Source of the DNA: Candidatus Latescibacterota bacterium
GTDB lineage: Bacteria > Latescibacterota > UBA2968
DNA: 64,000 bases
Assembly: GCA_965222605.1 (NCBI GenBank)
Contig: OZ244960.1
Coordinates: 6,208,001-6,272,000, forward strand
Direction of reading: 5' to 3'
Position numbers and translations under genes: made by a program. Shown here in pieces: positions 46,019 to 54,908 of the stretch. How positions within the stretch are numbered: the first letter of the stretch is position 1; every line of letters begins with the position of its first letter. Under the pieces are notes generated by a model. The model had not been told where the DNA came from, ran no database searches, and was given only the letters and a program-made list of their open reading frames with translations.

Positions 46019-46615
46019 ATGAATCGAGTGATTTCAATATTCGCTGCCTGGGGACTGGTAGCCCTGATGGTGCTATGTGTTCCTCAGACAGCCGATGCCC
46101 TGGGGTTGGGGGTCAAAGCGGGCGTGAGTCTGACGCGCGAACCGCAGTTCACCTATTATGGCATGGGTGGACAATTTGACTCTCATCGATGGATGCTCGG
46201 TAGCAATCTCGATCTGGGATCTTTTATCTTGCCCAACTTGCATCTGCTGCCGGGCGTGGATATCGCGGTACAGGAGAATTTGCGCATTTATGTCGCCAAT
46301 CTGGATGTCGTTTACTTTTTTCATCAAACGCCAGTCGGACGAGCCTATATCGGTGGTGGTTTTGGAACCCACTTCTTTCGCCCAAAAATAGCGTCGGACG
46401 CCATAGAGTCAGATACAGCAGTAGAAGGGGCTGAAGATCTCTCTCTCGAGCGCCCACAAAACGATACCAAAATCAGCGTAAATATACCATTGGGATATCA
46501 GCGCAAATTGGGGCCGGTGTTGTCCTGGTTTGGCGAAATGAAACTCATCATTGCCGACGATGAAAAAGATAGCGCATTGCAATTCACAATCGGTTTTCAC
46601 TTTGGTAACGAATAG
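46019..46615 (+). CDS. Putative small outer-membrane beta-barrel protein
   Basis: Signal peptide, amphipathic strands (YIGGGFG), C-terminal FTIGFHF. Confidence 0.65.
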   Translation: MNRVISIFAAWGLVALMVLCVPQTADALGLGVKAGVSLTREPQFTYYGMGGQFDSHRWMLGSNLDLGSFILPNLHLLPGVDIAVQENLRIYVANLDVVYFFHQTPVGRAYIGGGFGTHFFRPKIASDAIESDTAVEGAEDLSLERPQNDTKISVNIPLGYQRKLGPVLSWFGEMKLIIADDEKDSALQFTIGFHFGNE

Positions 46616-46624
46616 GAAGGATTT

Positions 46625-46723
46625 ATGGCGAGTGGTGAACGCAGAAAAGAGCTTCGTCGAAGGCGACAGAGGCAAAAAAAACGCCTTAAAGCGCGCCGTC
46701 GAGAAGGAAGAAGTGGGAAGTAA
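46625..46723 (+). CDS. 32-aa extremely basic peptide (not in ORF track)
   Basis: MASGERRKELRRRRQRQKKRLKARRREGRSGK*, preceded by AGGAAGGA RBS. Confidence 0.6.
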   Translation: MASGERRKELRRRRQRQKKRLKARRREGRSGK

Positions 46724-46849
46724 GAACTAATAATAGGCATGGCGATTAAAAACGAATAAACAATAAGAACCCTTGCCATATATGCGATTTTTTGTACATT
46801 AAAAAGAATCGTATCAGACCCGTAGTGTCATTTTTCAGGAGGTTTTTCA

Positions 46850-47215
46850 ATGGCTAATCCCAAAGTCATCGCATATTTAAAGCCAGTCTGTGGTTGGAGC
46901 GGTGGTGTGCGCGCTGTTCTGACAAAATATGGATTGGAGTACGAAGACCGCGATATTATTAACAATCCCGACAACTATCGCGAGATGGTTATGAAGAGTG
47001 GGCAGCCCTTACAGCCCTGCGTACAGGTTGGGGATATGATGCTGGCCGATGTCAGCGGTGATGAGTTAGAAGGTTGGTTGATCGCAAATGGCTACCAGCC
47101 CGGAGGTCCAGATCCCGCGGTTCCGACGGATCGTTCCTGTACAGATGAAGAGCATGAAGCAATGGCGCGTACAGCACAGCAACCGACCATTGCCAACCCT
47201 CACTTTGGTCGATAA
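46850..47215 (+). CDS. Monothiol glutaredoxin-like protein
   Basis: CGWS active site, SGQPLQPCV; AGGAGG RBS. Confidence 0.8.
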   Translation: MANPKVIAYLKPVCGWSGGVRAVLTKYGLEYEDRDIINNPDNYREMVMKSGQPLQPCVQVGDMMLADVSGDELEGWLIANGYQPGGPDPAVPTDRSCTDEEHEAMARTAQQPTIANPHFGR

Positions 47216-47241
47216 AAACAAGGTGGTGGTTTTTTATTGTG

Positions 47242-47270
47242 AGGCGATCCTTAAGGGTCGCCTTTTTCTT
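47242..47270 (+). terminator. Intrinsic terminator
   Basis: AGGCGATCC-TTAA-GGGTCGCCT-TTTTC. Confidence 0.75.
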
Positions 47271-47314
47271 TGGTGCGAATAAGAGCCATTTGCAGATACT
47301 TTTATATTTAGATT

Positions 47315-48007
47315 GTGAATACTATGCGGACACGCGTTCTGAAAAAAGAGATTGCGGGATGTACTTTGTGCAAACGTCTGGTCGATTACTGTCGCTCCTT
47401 TGAGTTGGCGGAAAACCGCAAAATTGGCGATTGCGATTACTGGGCAAAACCCGTTCCGGGGTTTGGAGATGTCAATGCACAATTGCTCATTATTGGTCTG
47501 GCTCCCGGCGCACACGGAGCCAATCGCACGGGTAGGCCATTTACAGGCGATGGCGCTGGCGATGTGCTGTACCGCGCGCTCTTCCGGCACGGTTTTGCCA
47601 ATCGGGAAACCGCGGTTGATCTCCATGACGGCATGCGCCTGGACAATGTGTATATCACCAATGCCGTCAAGTGTGTTCCGCCTCAAAATCGCCCAAGAGC
47701 CGAAGAAAAGCGCGCGTGTCTCGACTGGCTCGCGCAGGAGATGACCTTCTTGCGTCGGGTGAAAATCGTTCTGGCAATGGGCAGGGATGCGTTTGATAGT
47801 TATCTTCGGTTGGAGAGAACAGCAGGGCGTGTGACGAGGTTGAACACCTATCGCTTCCAACACGGTGGCGTGTACCGGTTTGACGATAAGATCCTCGTGG
47901 CAACCTACCATTTTAGTCGTTACAATATGAATACGGGCGTTCTGACAGAAGATATGATCGATGTTTTGTTCCAGCGCGTGTGCGCATTGCTGTCGGAATC
48001 CACATAA
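47315..48007 (+). CDS. Uracil-DNA glycosylase (family 5, UdgB-like)
   Basis: CTLC Fe-S motif, GLAPGAHGANRTGRPFTGD, VKCVPPQNRP. Confidence 0.88.
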   Translation: MNTMRTRVLKKEIAGCTLCKRLVDYCRSFELAENRKIGDCDYWAKPVPGFGDVNAQLLIIGLAPGAHGANRTGRPFTGDGAGDVLYRALFRHGFANRETAVDLHDGMRLDNVYITNAVKCVPPQNRPRAEEKRACLDWLAQEMTFLRRVKIVLAMGRDAFDSYLRLERTAGRVTRLNTYRFQHGGVYRFDDKILVATYHFSRYNMNTGVLTEDMIDVLFQRVCALLSEST

Positions 48008-48044
48008 GAGGCGGAGCAGGCTCTTTTCTATCTCACGTCTTGAT

Positions 48045-48590
48045 CTACAAGGTTGGATCGATGGGAGGATCCAGCACTGCGATGTAGGGGAGGTTGCGGT
48101 AAGCTTGATTGTAGTCGAGGCCATAGCCCACTACAAATTGGTTCGGAATGGTGAAACCGCAGTGATGGATGGGGACGGGTACAATTCTGCGGTCCGGTTT
48201 GTCCAGGAGGGTGCAAATACCGAGACTGCGTGGGTTTCTATCCTGTAATAACGCGAGAAGTGCAGAAATCGTGTGCCCAGTATCGACAATATCTTCGACG
48301 ATAAGCACATGGCGGTCGGCAATTTCAAGGCTGAGGTCTTTTGCAAATGTCACTGTGCCCGAACTATTTGTACCGATATAACTCGAAATAGCAATGAGAT
48401 CGAGTTCAATGGGACAGCTTATCGCACGCGAAAGATCGACTAAAAAGTAGAGGGCACCTATTAGAATACCCACGAGAACGACACCGTCTGGGTACTGTGC
48501 GGAAATTTCGGCACCGAGTTCACGAACGCGGTTTTGAATCGCTTTTTCGTCGATTAATATAGAACCGAGATGAGGGTCAAAATCCTGCAC
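48045..48590 (-). CDS. hpt: Hypoxanthine phosphoribosyltransferase
   Basis: VLIVEDIVDTGHT, FVVGYGLDY..YRNLPYI; GTG start with GGGAGG RBS. Confidence 0.92.
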   Translation of the reverse strand: MQDFDPHLGSILIDEKAIQNRVRELGAEISAQYPDGVVLVGILIGALYFLVDLSRAISCPIELDLIAISSYIGTNSSGTVTFAKDLSLEIADRHVLIVEDIVDTGHTISALLALLQDRNPRSLGICTLLDKPDRRIVPVPIHHCGFTIPNQFVVGYGLDYNQAYRNLPYIAVLDPPIDPTL

Positions 48591-48760
48591 TGGAAAAACC
48601 TCCCTGGGATAGAAGATAGAATAAATTAAACGATTTATTTTTTTAGTCAAAGAGAACCCTACCAAAAAAAACGTTGATCCATTAAAATGCGCGTTAATAA
48701 TTACTGTATGTTGTAGCGAGGGCGGCGTACATATTTTCTGCAGTATTTGAGAAGAACCCC

Positions 48761-48789
48761 TTGATTCAGATTTGTAAAAATGCTATATT
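48761..48789 (+). promoter_or_regulatory. Putative sigma70 promoter upstream of the mutL leader
   Basis: TTGATT-17 nt-TATATT with an extended -10 TG. Confidence 0.55.
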
Positions 48790-48790
48790 T

Positions 48791-48920
48791 GCGTCGAAGC
48801 TTGTGCTTCACAAAAAAACGCCTTGAATCTGCATGAGGGTAGCCCCGCAGGAAGTTTTCCGCTGTTTTAACACCGGGACTTCGACAACCATTTCGGCACC
48901 CGGCGGGTTAGGCGTTTTTT
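48791..48920 (+). ncRNA. Structured leader RNA upstream of mutL (family not recognised)
   Basis: 11-bp closing stem AAAAAACGCCT/AGGCGTTTTTT enclosing two hairpins; alternative pairing GTCGAAG/CTTCGAC. Confidence 0.5.
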
Positions 48921-48948
48921 GTTTTCTATTTTCACATCTATCCTCAAT

Positions 48949-50736
48949 ATGCCCAATAAAATTCGCATACTCCCGGATGATATTGCCAACCGCATCGCTG
49001 CTGGGGAAGTGGTTGAGCGACCTGCGTCTGTCGCAAAAGAACTGATTGAGAACTCTGTGGATGCGGGATCGGACCGCATTGTTGTTGAAGTTGCTGCCGG
49101 CGGCAAGGAAAGCCTGCGGGTCAGTGACAACGGATGCGGGATGTCGCGCGATGACGCGCTTTTGGCACTTGAACGACACGCGACGAGCAAAATTCAAAGT
49201 CTGGACGACCTGAAAGGGTTGCTCACACATGGATTCAGAGGCGAGGCATTGCCCAGTATTGCCGCTGTTTCGCGTATGACCCTTGAGACTCGCCTGGCAG
49301 ATGCAGTTGAAGGAACGCGAGTATCCGTGGTGGGCGGGCGCGTGCAGGATGTATCCGCGATTGGCCGGGGACAGGGTACGACCATTACATTGCACGGTCT
49401 GTTTTTTAATGTGCCCGCCAGGCGAAAATTTCTCAAAAGTGTCGATACGGAATTTCGACATATTGTGAACGCAGTGACGGCTATGGCCATGGCCTATCCC
49501 GAGATCGGGTTTGACCTCAAGCACAATGGACGCCAGGTGTTGCAACTTGGCAGGTCGCGCTTTGATCGGCGGGCAGAGCAGATATTTGGTGTGCGATATG
49601 GCGCAGATGCTATCGGGATTGAGAGCGTGGTGAGCGGGATTGAGGTTCGGGGCTTTGTGGGCAAGCCCGAGTCTGCGCGAAAATCCGGTGCTCAGCAGGT
49701 TTTGATTGTCAATAACCGATGGGTGCAACACAAAGCCATCGGTTTCGCAGTTTACGAAGGATATGGCGGGCTTTTGCCCAAGGGGCTTGCGCCATCATAT
49801 TGCCTCTGTCTGAGCATTGATCCGGCGCGTGTGGATGTCAATGTCCATCCTTCAAAGCGCGAGGTTCGCTTTGCCGATGAGCGGTCGATTTACAGCCTGA
49901 TCACCCAGGCGGTTCAACAATCGCTGCGCGGCGCGGATATAATCCCGGAAATGAGCGATGCTGTTATGCCCGTGGTCCCTGTGAGCATTGCAGAATCCCC
50001 CGAGATTACCTATCAGCCCGGGCAACCCAAAGTTGGCGGACAGCCCCAGATGGCATTGCCCCTGACGGTGAGAATGTCGCAGGGCAAGGCGAAGCGGGGA
50101 ACCGGGATTAATACCGATGGTCTTGATGAAGAGGATTTTGCGCGGGTTTCCGTATGGCAGTTGCACAGCAAGTATATTTTGGCGCATATCAAAAACGGTT
50201 TGATTGCGATTGACCAGCAGGTTGCTCACCAGAGGATTTTGTACGAACGCGCCATTGACAATATGCATACCCGTCCCGCGACGAGTCAGCGGCTGTTGTT
50301 TCCTCTTACGCTCGATTTCGGTGTCAAAGAAATTTTTATTGTCCGCGAGGCCATGCCGCTATTGGAAAAAATGGGGTTTGGTATTCGCGATTTTGGGGGA
50401 CATACGGTTGTTGTCGATGCCATTCCCATGGGGCTGAGAACGTGGCAAGACGGGCAGCTTTTGAGAGATATGATTCGCGATATGGCCGAAGCCGAGCAAG
50501 CGACTTCTGTTCCGCCTTCCGTGCAAGCGCGTCAGATCGCGCCCGAGGAACATCGGCTCGCATCGGTCTATGCCTGGCACACGTCAATTCGCACGGGTGA
50601 GGATTTATCGACAGAAGAAATGCGCGCGCTTATCGATCAGTTGTTCGCAACGCGAGAGCCTTTCGTCAGCCCTTATGGCAAACCAACGCTTGTGAAGATC
50701 GGGCTGGATGAAATCGACAATCGGTTTAAACGGTAG
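48949..50736 (+). CDS. mutL: DNA mismatch repair endonuclease MutL
   Basis: IAAGEVVERPASVAKELIENSVDAG, HATSKI, GFRGEAL, VDVNVHPSKREVRF. Confidence 0.97.
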   Translation: MPNKIRILPDDIANRIAAGEVVERPASVAKELIENSVDAGSDRIVVEVAAGGKESLRVSDNGCGMSRDDALLALERHATSKIQSLDDLKGLLTHGFRGEALPSIAAVSRMTLETRLADAVEGTRVSVVGGRVQDVSAIGRGQGTTITLHGLFFNVPARRKFLKSVDTEFRHIVNAVTAMAMAYPEIGFDLKHNGRQVLQLGRSRFDRRAEQIFGVRYGADAIGIESVVSGIEVRGFVGKPESARKSGAQQVLIVNNRWVQHKAIGFAVYEGYGGLLPKGLAPSYCLCLSIDPARVDVNVHPSKREVRFADERSIYSLITQAVQQSLRGADIIPEMSDAVMPVVPVSIAESPEITYQPGQPKVGGQPQMALPLTVRMSQGKAKRGTGINTDGLDEEDFARVSVWQLHSKYILAHIKNGLIAIDQQVAHQRILYERAIDNMHTRPATSQRLLFPLTLDFGVKEIFIVREAMPLLEKMGFGIRDFGGHTVVVDAIPMGLRTWQDGQLLRDMIRDMAEAEQATSVPPSVQARQIAPEEHRLASVYAWHTSIRTGEDLSTEEMRALIDQLFATREPFVSPYGKPTLVKIGLDEIDNRFKR

Positions 50737-50738
50737 CC

Positions 50739-51662
50739 ATGGCCTCACTCCGAGATATTCTGGTGATTGCCGGACCGACGGCATCGGGCAAAACGGCTGT
50801 GGGCATTGAACTCGCGCAGAGATTAAACGGCGAAATCGTATCGGCAGATGCGCGGCAGATTTATCGTTTTATGGATATTGGGACAGCAAAGCCAACAGCC
50901 GAAGAGCGGGCTGCTGTGCGCCATCATCTCATTGATTTTGTCAATCCCGATAAAGACTATAGCGCCGGACAATTTGCCGAAGATGCATCTGTTGTGATTG
51001 AGGATATTCTGCGTCGCGGCAAGGTGCCCATTGTGGTCGGAGGGGCGGGGTTGTATATTCGCGCGTTGTTCGATGGCTTTTCGCCTATGCCAAAAATTCC
51101 GATAGAGATTCGCGCGCGATTGCAGGGGGAGGGGAGAGATTGTCTTCCCAAATTGTACAAAAGGTTGTGTGAGGTGGATCCAGAATGGGCTGCAAAAATT
51201 CAGGCGACCGATACACAACGCATCCTGCGCGGTTTAGAAGTCTATGAAGCATCGGGCAAACCGCTTTCTGAACATCAAAAGGTGCCGCCAATGCCGCCGA
51301 TTCTTCATGCGGTATCTTATTTTGGTTTGCGCTGGACGCGCGAAGTGCTCTATGAGCGGATTGATGCACGTGCGCGTCGCATGCTAGAGAATGGTCTGAT
51401 TAAAGAAGCAGCAGATATCCGTGACAGAGGTTACGCTCCCGATCTAAACGCGCTCAATGCGTTTGGATACCGCGAAATATTTCAATATCTCGATGGCGAG
51501 ACGACGCTTGATCGCGCGCTTGCCGATTTGCAACAAGGCACGCGACGCTACGCCAAACGACAGATGACATTTTTTCGCAGAGATAAGCGCATTATGTGGG
51601 TGGATGGCAGCGAAGCCGATGGTGTGGCAGATGCTATCTTAAAACAGCTTGAAAAATGTTGA
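50739..51662 (+). CDS. miaA: tRNA dimethylallyltransferase
   Basis: GPTASGKT, SADARQIYRFMDIGTAKP, TRRYAKRQMT. Confidence 0.97.
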   Translation: MASLRDILVIAGPTASGKTAVGIELAQRLNGEIVSADARQIYRFMDIGTAKPTAEERAAVRHHLIDFVNPDKDYSAGQFAEDASVVIEDILRRGKVPIVVGGAGLYIRALFDGFSPMPKIPIEIRARLQGEGRDCLPKLYKRLCEVDPEWAAKIQATDTQRILRGLEVYEASGKPLSEHQKVPPMPPILHAVSYFGLRWTREVLYERIDARARRMLENGLIKEAADIRDRGYAPDLNALNAFGYREIFQYLDGETTLDRALADLQQGTRRYAKRQMTFFRRDKRIMWVDGSEADGVADAILKQLEKC

Positions 51663-51687
51663 CACCAAAGATGAACGCCTGTAAATT
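51659..51687 (+). promoter_or_regulatory. Putative sigma70 promoter for tRNA-Gly
   Basis: TTGACA-17 nt-TAAATT. Confidence 0.65.
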
Positions 51688-51703
51688 GGCTATTTCTTGC
51701 GGA

Positions 51704-51779
51704 GCGGGAATAACTCAGTTGGTAGAGTGCAAGCTTCCCAAGCTTGATGTCGCGGGTTCGAGTCCCGTTTCCCGCTCCA
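51704..51779 (+). tRNA. tRNA-Gly (CCC)
   Basis: GCGGGAA acceptor stem, CAAGC-TT-CCC-AA-GCTTG anticodon arm, GGTTCGAGTCC T-arm, encoded CCA. Confidence 0.97.
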
Positions 51780-51794
51780 TTCTTTTATTAAATC

Positions 51795-52259
51795 ATGAAA
51801 ATTCTCAAATATGTCGCAGTAGCTTTGCTCTTCATCTGCTTGGTGGTCACAGGTCTTTTCGCTTACGTAGCAACCACGCGAATTTTGACCCCCCTGGAGA
51901 GTGTCATTTTGCAATCCTTTTCCTTGCTGGCCGGACTGGGAGGCTCATTCATTTTTGGTCAGCAGTCGGTGCGTAAGGCAGCGAAGGATATCATCAAACC
52001 ACACGCCCGGTCTGCGTTCAGACGCCTTCTCTCCCTCTATCATAGCCTTTCTCGGGTGGCGGCCACTATAGAGTCATCTCAAACTTCGAGTCTCCCAGTG
52101 GAAAATCAAGTGACACTTGCTAAACTCGAAGCAATTGTCGTTGAGCAACTCGCTTCGGCAGATGATGCGATAGAGGAATGGAAAGATATTGTTCCAGAAG
52201 ATGTAGAAGAGTTAGACCAAAGATTCTCTTCTGATAAAACAACGAGGGATAGACAATGA
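51795..52259 (+). CDS. Hypothetical 2-TM membrane protein with helical C-terminus
   Basis: Two N-terminal hydrophobic segments; ATGA overlap with the next gene. Confidence 0.7.
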   Translation: MKILKYVAVALLFICLVVTGLFAYVATTRILTPLESVILQSFSLLAGLGGSFIFGQQSVRKAAKDIIKPHARSAFRRLLSLYHSLSRVAATIESSQTSSLPVENQVTLAKLEAIVVEQLASADDAIEEWKDIVPEDVEELDQRFSSDKTTRDRQ

Positions 52260-52705
52260 CTGAACCTATTCGCGGAAAAGTCGCTAGCCTGCTTAACTCA
52301 CGAGAAATCGCGATAAATATAGGCTATGCTAATGGCGTCACTGTTGGCATGTACTTTGACGTAATGCATCTTGAATCTGGAGAGATTAGAGACCCTGATA
52401 CGGCCGAAGTGTTAGGCTCTATTGTGCGTACGAAAGTCAGGGTGCGGGTTACTGAGGTTCAAGAGAAATTAGCCGTAGCATCTACATACGAACGAGCAAC
52501 CGTTGATAGCCCCGCCTCCTTTGGTCCATTTGCTCGGTCACTTATGCCCCCTAGTTGGATAACGAAGTATGAGATAGAGACACTGAGGAAATCAGACAAA
52601 TTTTCTCCGGTAGATATCGATGGGGATGATAGCGATGTGAAGGTCGGAGACACCGTTGTTCAAGTTATTGAAGATGAAGTAGAACGAGAAAATGCGAATA
52701 CCTGA
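52256..52705 (+). CDS. Hypothetical small beta-barrel protein (FlgT C-terminal-like)
   Basis: IAINIG..NGVTVGM.F, IRDPDTAEVLG, VRVTEVQEKLA. Confidence 0.65.
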   Translation: MTEPIRGKVASLLNSREIAINIGYANGVTVGMYFDVMHLESGEIRDPDTAEVLGSIVRTKVRVRVTEVQEKLAVASTYERATVDSPASFGPFARSLMPPSWITKYEIETLRKSDKFSPVDIDGDDSDVKVGDTVVQVIEDEVERENANT

Positions 52706-52738
52706 CAACCGCTTTCTGACTTGAGAAAGCAGACCGCG

Positions 52739-52772
52739 GCGGCGAAGAACGATCCATCTTCGCCGCTTTTTT
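52739..52772 (+). terminator. Intrinsic terminator
   Basis: GCGGCGAAGA-acgatcca-TCTTCGCCGC-TTTTTT. Confidence 0.85.
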
Positions 52773-52828
52773 GATATGGAGTAGAGGTTCATTTGATTGG
52801 AAAAGACTAATAAATTTGAGGATTTTTC

Positions 52829-53575
52829 ATGGATAATGAAATTCGCATCCACTATGTCAGCCACTTTCTCAAGCTGAGTTTGTGGTATGCGCAATTTCTG
52901 ATGGCGCGGGAGGGAATTGCGTTTGAAAATGCGATTACTTCTCGGGCCAATGTGTATCGCAATACGGATTTTTTTGATGGTGAGCGCCATCCGGCACGGG
53001 GGCATGCAGATCCAGATTGGGACGCCTTTCTGAAGGGGTTGAAGGCCGTTTTTGATTGCTGTGAGGGCGAGGCATGGGAAGAAGAGGGGCTGACCTATTT
53101 ATGGCCCCATGTAAAGAAGGGTTATGGCAGGCCTTCCACAAAAGGACGTCCTTACGAATGCTGGACGTACGGCGATGGCGACGATTATATCGCGATCCAC
53201 ATTGGCAATGTGTATCAGCCCAAATCGCCTCTGAGTGAAATGCGAGATGCATTTATGGGCACATTGCTGCAATTGTTAAAGGATACACAGCAGCGACGCT
53301 CCAATGTGAAGACCGTGAGGTGTGGCAGTTGGCTCAATTCTGTACCACCATTTCAAGAACTCTTTCCCAAAAGCTGGCAAGAGAGTGCGATAGTGAGTCC
53401 AAAAGCGGGATTTACGATGGGGCATTGGGGGCAATTTATGGACCGCACGGGACGCTTTCATATAAAAAATGGCGCACATTTGAGGGCAACAGGTGATTTT
53501 CTCTATCCCTGTTCGACTTGTTATGCGCCTATTGATGAGATTGTGACACACCTGGAAGCTATGGTAAAGGGGTAG
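52829..53575 (+). CDS. Conserved-looking hypothetical protein
   Basis: 248-aa ORF with RBS; VRCGSWLN and GHWGQFMDRTG motifs; function not recognised. Confidence 0.7.
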   Translation: MDNEIRIHYVSHFLKLSLWYAQFLMAREGIAFENAITSRANVYRNTDFFDGERHPARGHADPDWDAFLKGLKAVFDCCEGEAWEEEGLTYLWPHVKKGYGRPSTKGRPYECWTYGDGDDYIAIHIGNVYQPKSPLSEMRDAFMGTLLQLLKDTQQRRSNVKTVRCGSWLNSVPPFQELFPKSWQESAIVSPKAGFTMGHWGQFMDRTGRFHIKNGAHLRATGDFLYPCSTCYAPIDEIVTHLEAMVKG

Positions 53576-54815
53576 GTAATGGTTGTTTTTCCAAAGTCTC
53601 GGGAACGAGGAAGAGGAAGATACCCGCTGCGGAAAGGCCAATGCCTGCAATAGCCAGAGCTGCGGGCGATAGGCCGAAGAGGTCGGCGACATAACCGACG
53701 CATACGGGGCCAGACATGCGCCCGCCATCGCCGATCAGGCGCCAGAGACCCAAAAATTCGCTCAGGGCGTCGCGGGGTGCAAGGTCGGCACCCAGAGTCA
53801 TCATGGCGCCTGAACTGAGGCCATTGCCAAATCCGAGCAGACTGGCGGCAAGGAGAAGTGCGATAAATTCTCCTGTGATGAGGCCAACAGAGAAAAAGGG
53901 CAGGTTCAAGTAAGCGGCAAAGGCTTGTGTGAGCGGGATAAGTGCCATACCAATGGATTGTAACGCGAAACTGGGGACATTGGCGAATTTGCGTCCAAAG
54001 CGATCCATGATGACCCCAGCGGGATAGAACATCATCATGTCGATAAAGCCCGAGATCGACATGATGAGGCCGATTTGTTCATATCCCAGGCCAAGCACTT
54101 CGGCGCCGTAAAGCGGTATGATGATGTAGCGACCACTGCGAATGGTTTGGGCAAAGAGCTGACCTGTACCTGCAGTGATCAAATTTTTTCTGTGGGCGCG
54201 AAAGATGTTGGCAAAGTGTCGCGCAAGACCGTGTTGCGGTGGCGATACGCGCTTGCGAGAGGCTTCAACGGCGATTGCCGCGACCACTGCGGCTAAGAGT
54301 GTGACGCCGCCATAAACGAGGAAGGGATATTTTACGGAGGTGGTCGAGGCAATATAGCCACCGATGACAGGTCCCAGAAAGGTGCCGATGCGGCTGATGC
54401 CACCAAATACAGAGAGGGCGCGGCCCCTCTGGTGGACGGCTGTGGTATCGGCCAAATAGGCATACCGCGAGATGTCCCAAAGTGCGCCGCCGATTCCTCC
54501 CACAAAGCGCAGTAAGAAGACCATAAAGATGGTGGGAACAAAAAAGAGGCCCGCGCCGCTAAGTGCAACTGTTAGCACCCCCAATAGCATCGCGGATTTG
54601 CGACCGATGCGGTTGAGTACTATGGCCGCGGGCAGGTCGCCAACAAGGTGGCCGATACCCTCGGCAGCGAGCACGAGACCGACGAGGCCATAGGAGATGT
54701 CAAACGATTTGGCGTAGAGTGGCAATATGGGGATGAGCAGGCCACTGCCCAGTCTGAGTAGAAAAGTGGGGATGAAGACGGGGAGGATGAGAGGGTTGCG
54801 GAGGATGGTGTTCAT
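53559..54815 (-). CDS. MFS transporter
   Basis: About 12 TMs; NRIGRK and GVIMDRFGRK motif A. Confidence 0.9.
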   Translation of the reverse strand: MNTILRNPLILPVFIPTFLLRLGSGLLIPILPLYAKSFDISYGLVGLVLAAEGIGHLVGDLPAAIVLNRIGRKSAMLLGVLTVALSGAGLFFVPTIFMVFLLRFVGGIGGALWDISRYAYLADTTAVHQRGRALSVFGGISRIGTFLGPVIGGYIASTTSVKYPFLVYGGVTLLAAVVAAIAVEASRKRVSPPQHGLARHFANIFRAHRKNLITAGTGQLFAQTIRSGRYIIIPLYGAEVLGLGYEQIGLIMSISGFIDMMMFYPAGVIMDRFGRKFANVPSFALQSIGMALIPLTQAFAAYLNLPFFSVGLITGEFIALLLAASLLGFGNGLSSGAMMTLGADLAPRDALSEFLGLWRLIGDGGRMSGPVCVGYVADLFGLSPAALAIAGIGLSAAGIFLFLVPETLEKQPLPTPLP

Positions 54816-54908
54816 TGAAGTAAAAAACAAAAAGATAAAGCAGAAAGCAACCATAACGCAGGCACATGATAAGAATTAAAGGTTAAAGGCTGGATTGGAG
54901 GGCAACTC

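Noticed and set aside
48791-48920. Assignment of the mutL leader to 6S RNA, a c-di-AMP riboswitch or a self-cleaving ribozyme
   Set aside because: The consensus motifs could not be matched by eye, so it is left as unassigned structured RNA.
48808-49731. 307-aa antisense ORF (likewise 4578-5327, 18709-19533, 28254-29153, 47234-48124, 57654-58538)
   Set aside because: These are shadow ORFs opposite well-supported genes, with no recognisable motifs.
51656-51976. 106-aa ORF after miaA
   Set aside because: It runs across the tRNA-Gly gene and is spurious.
51704-52772. Prophage or integrative element at tRNA-Gly
   Set aside because: No integrase, phage genes or duplicated tRNA 3' end was seen in the window.
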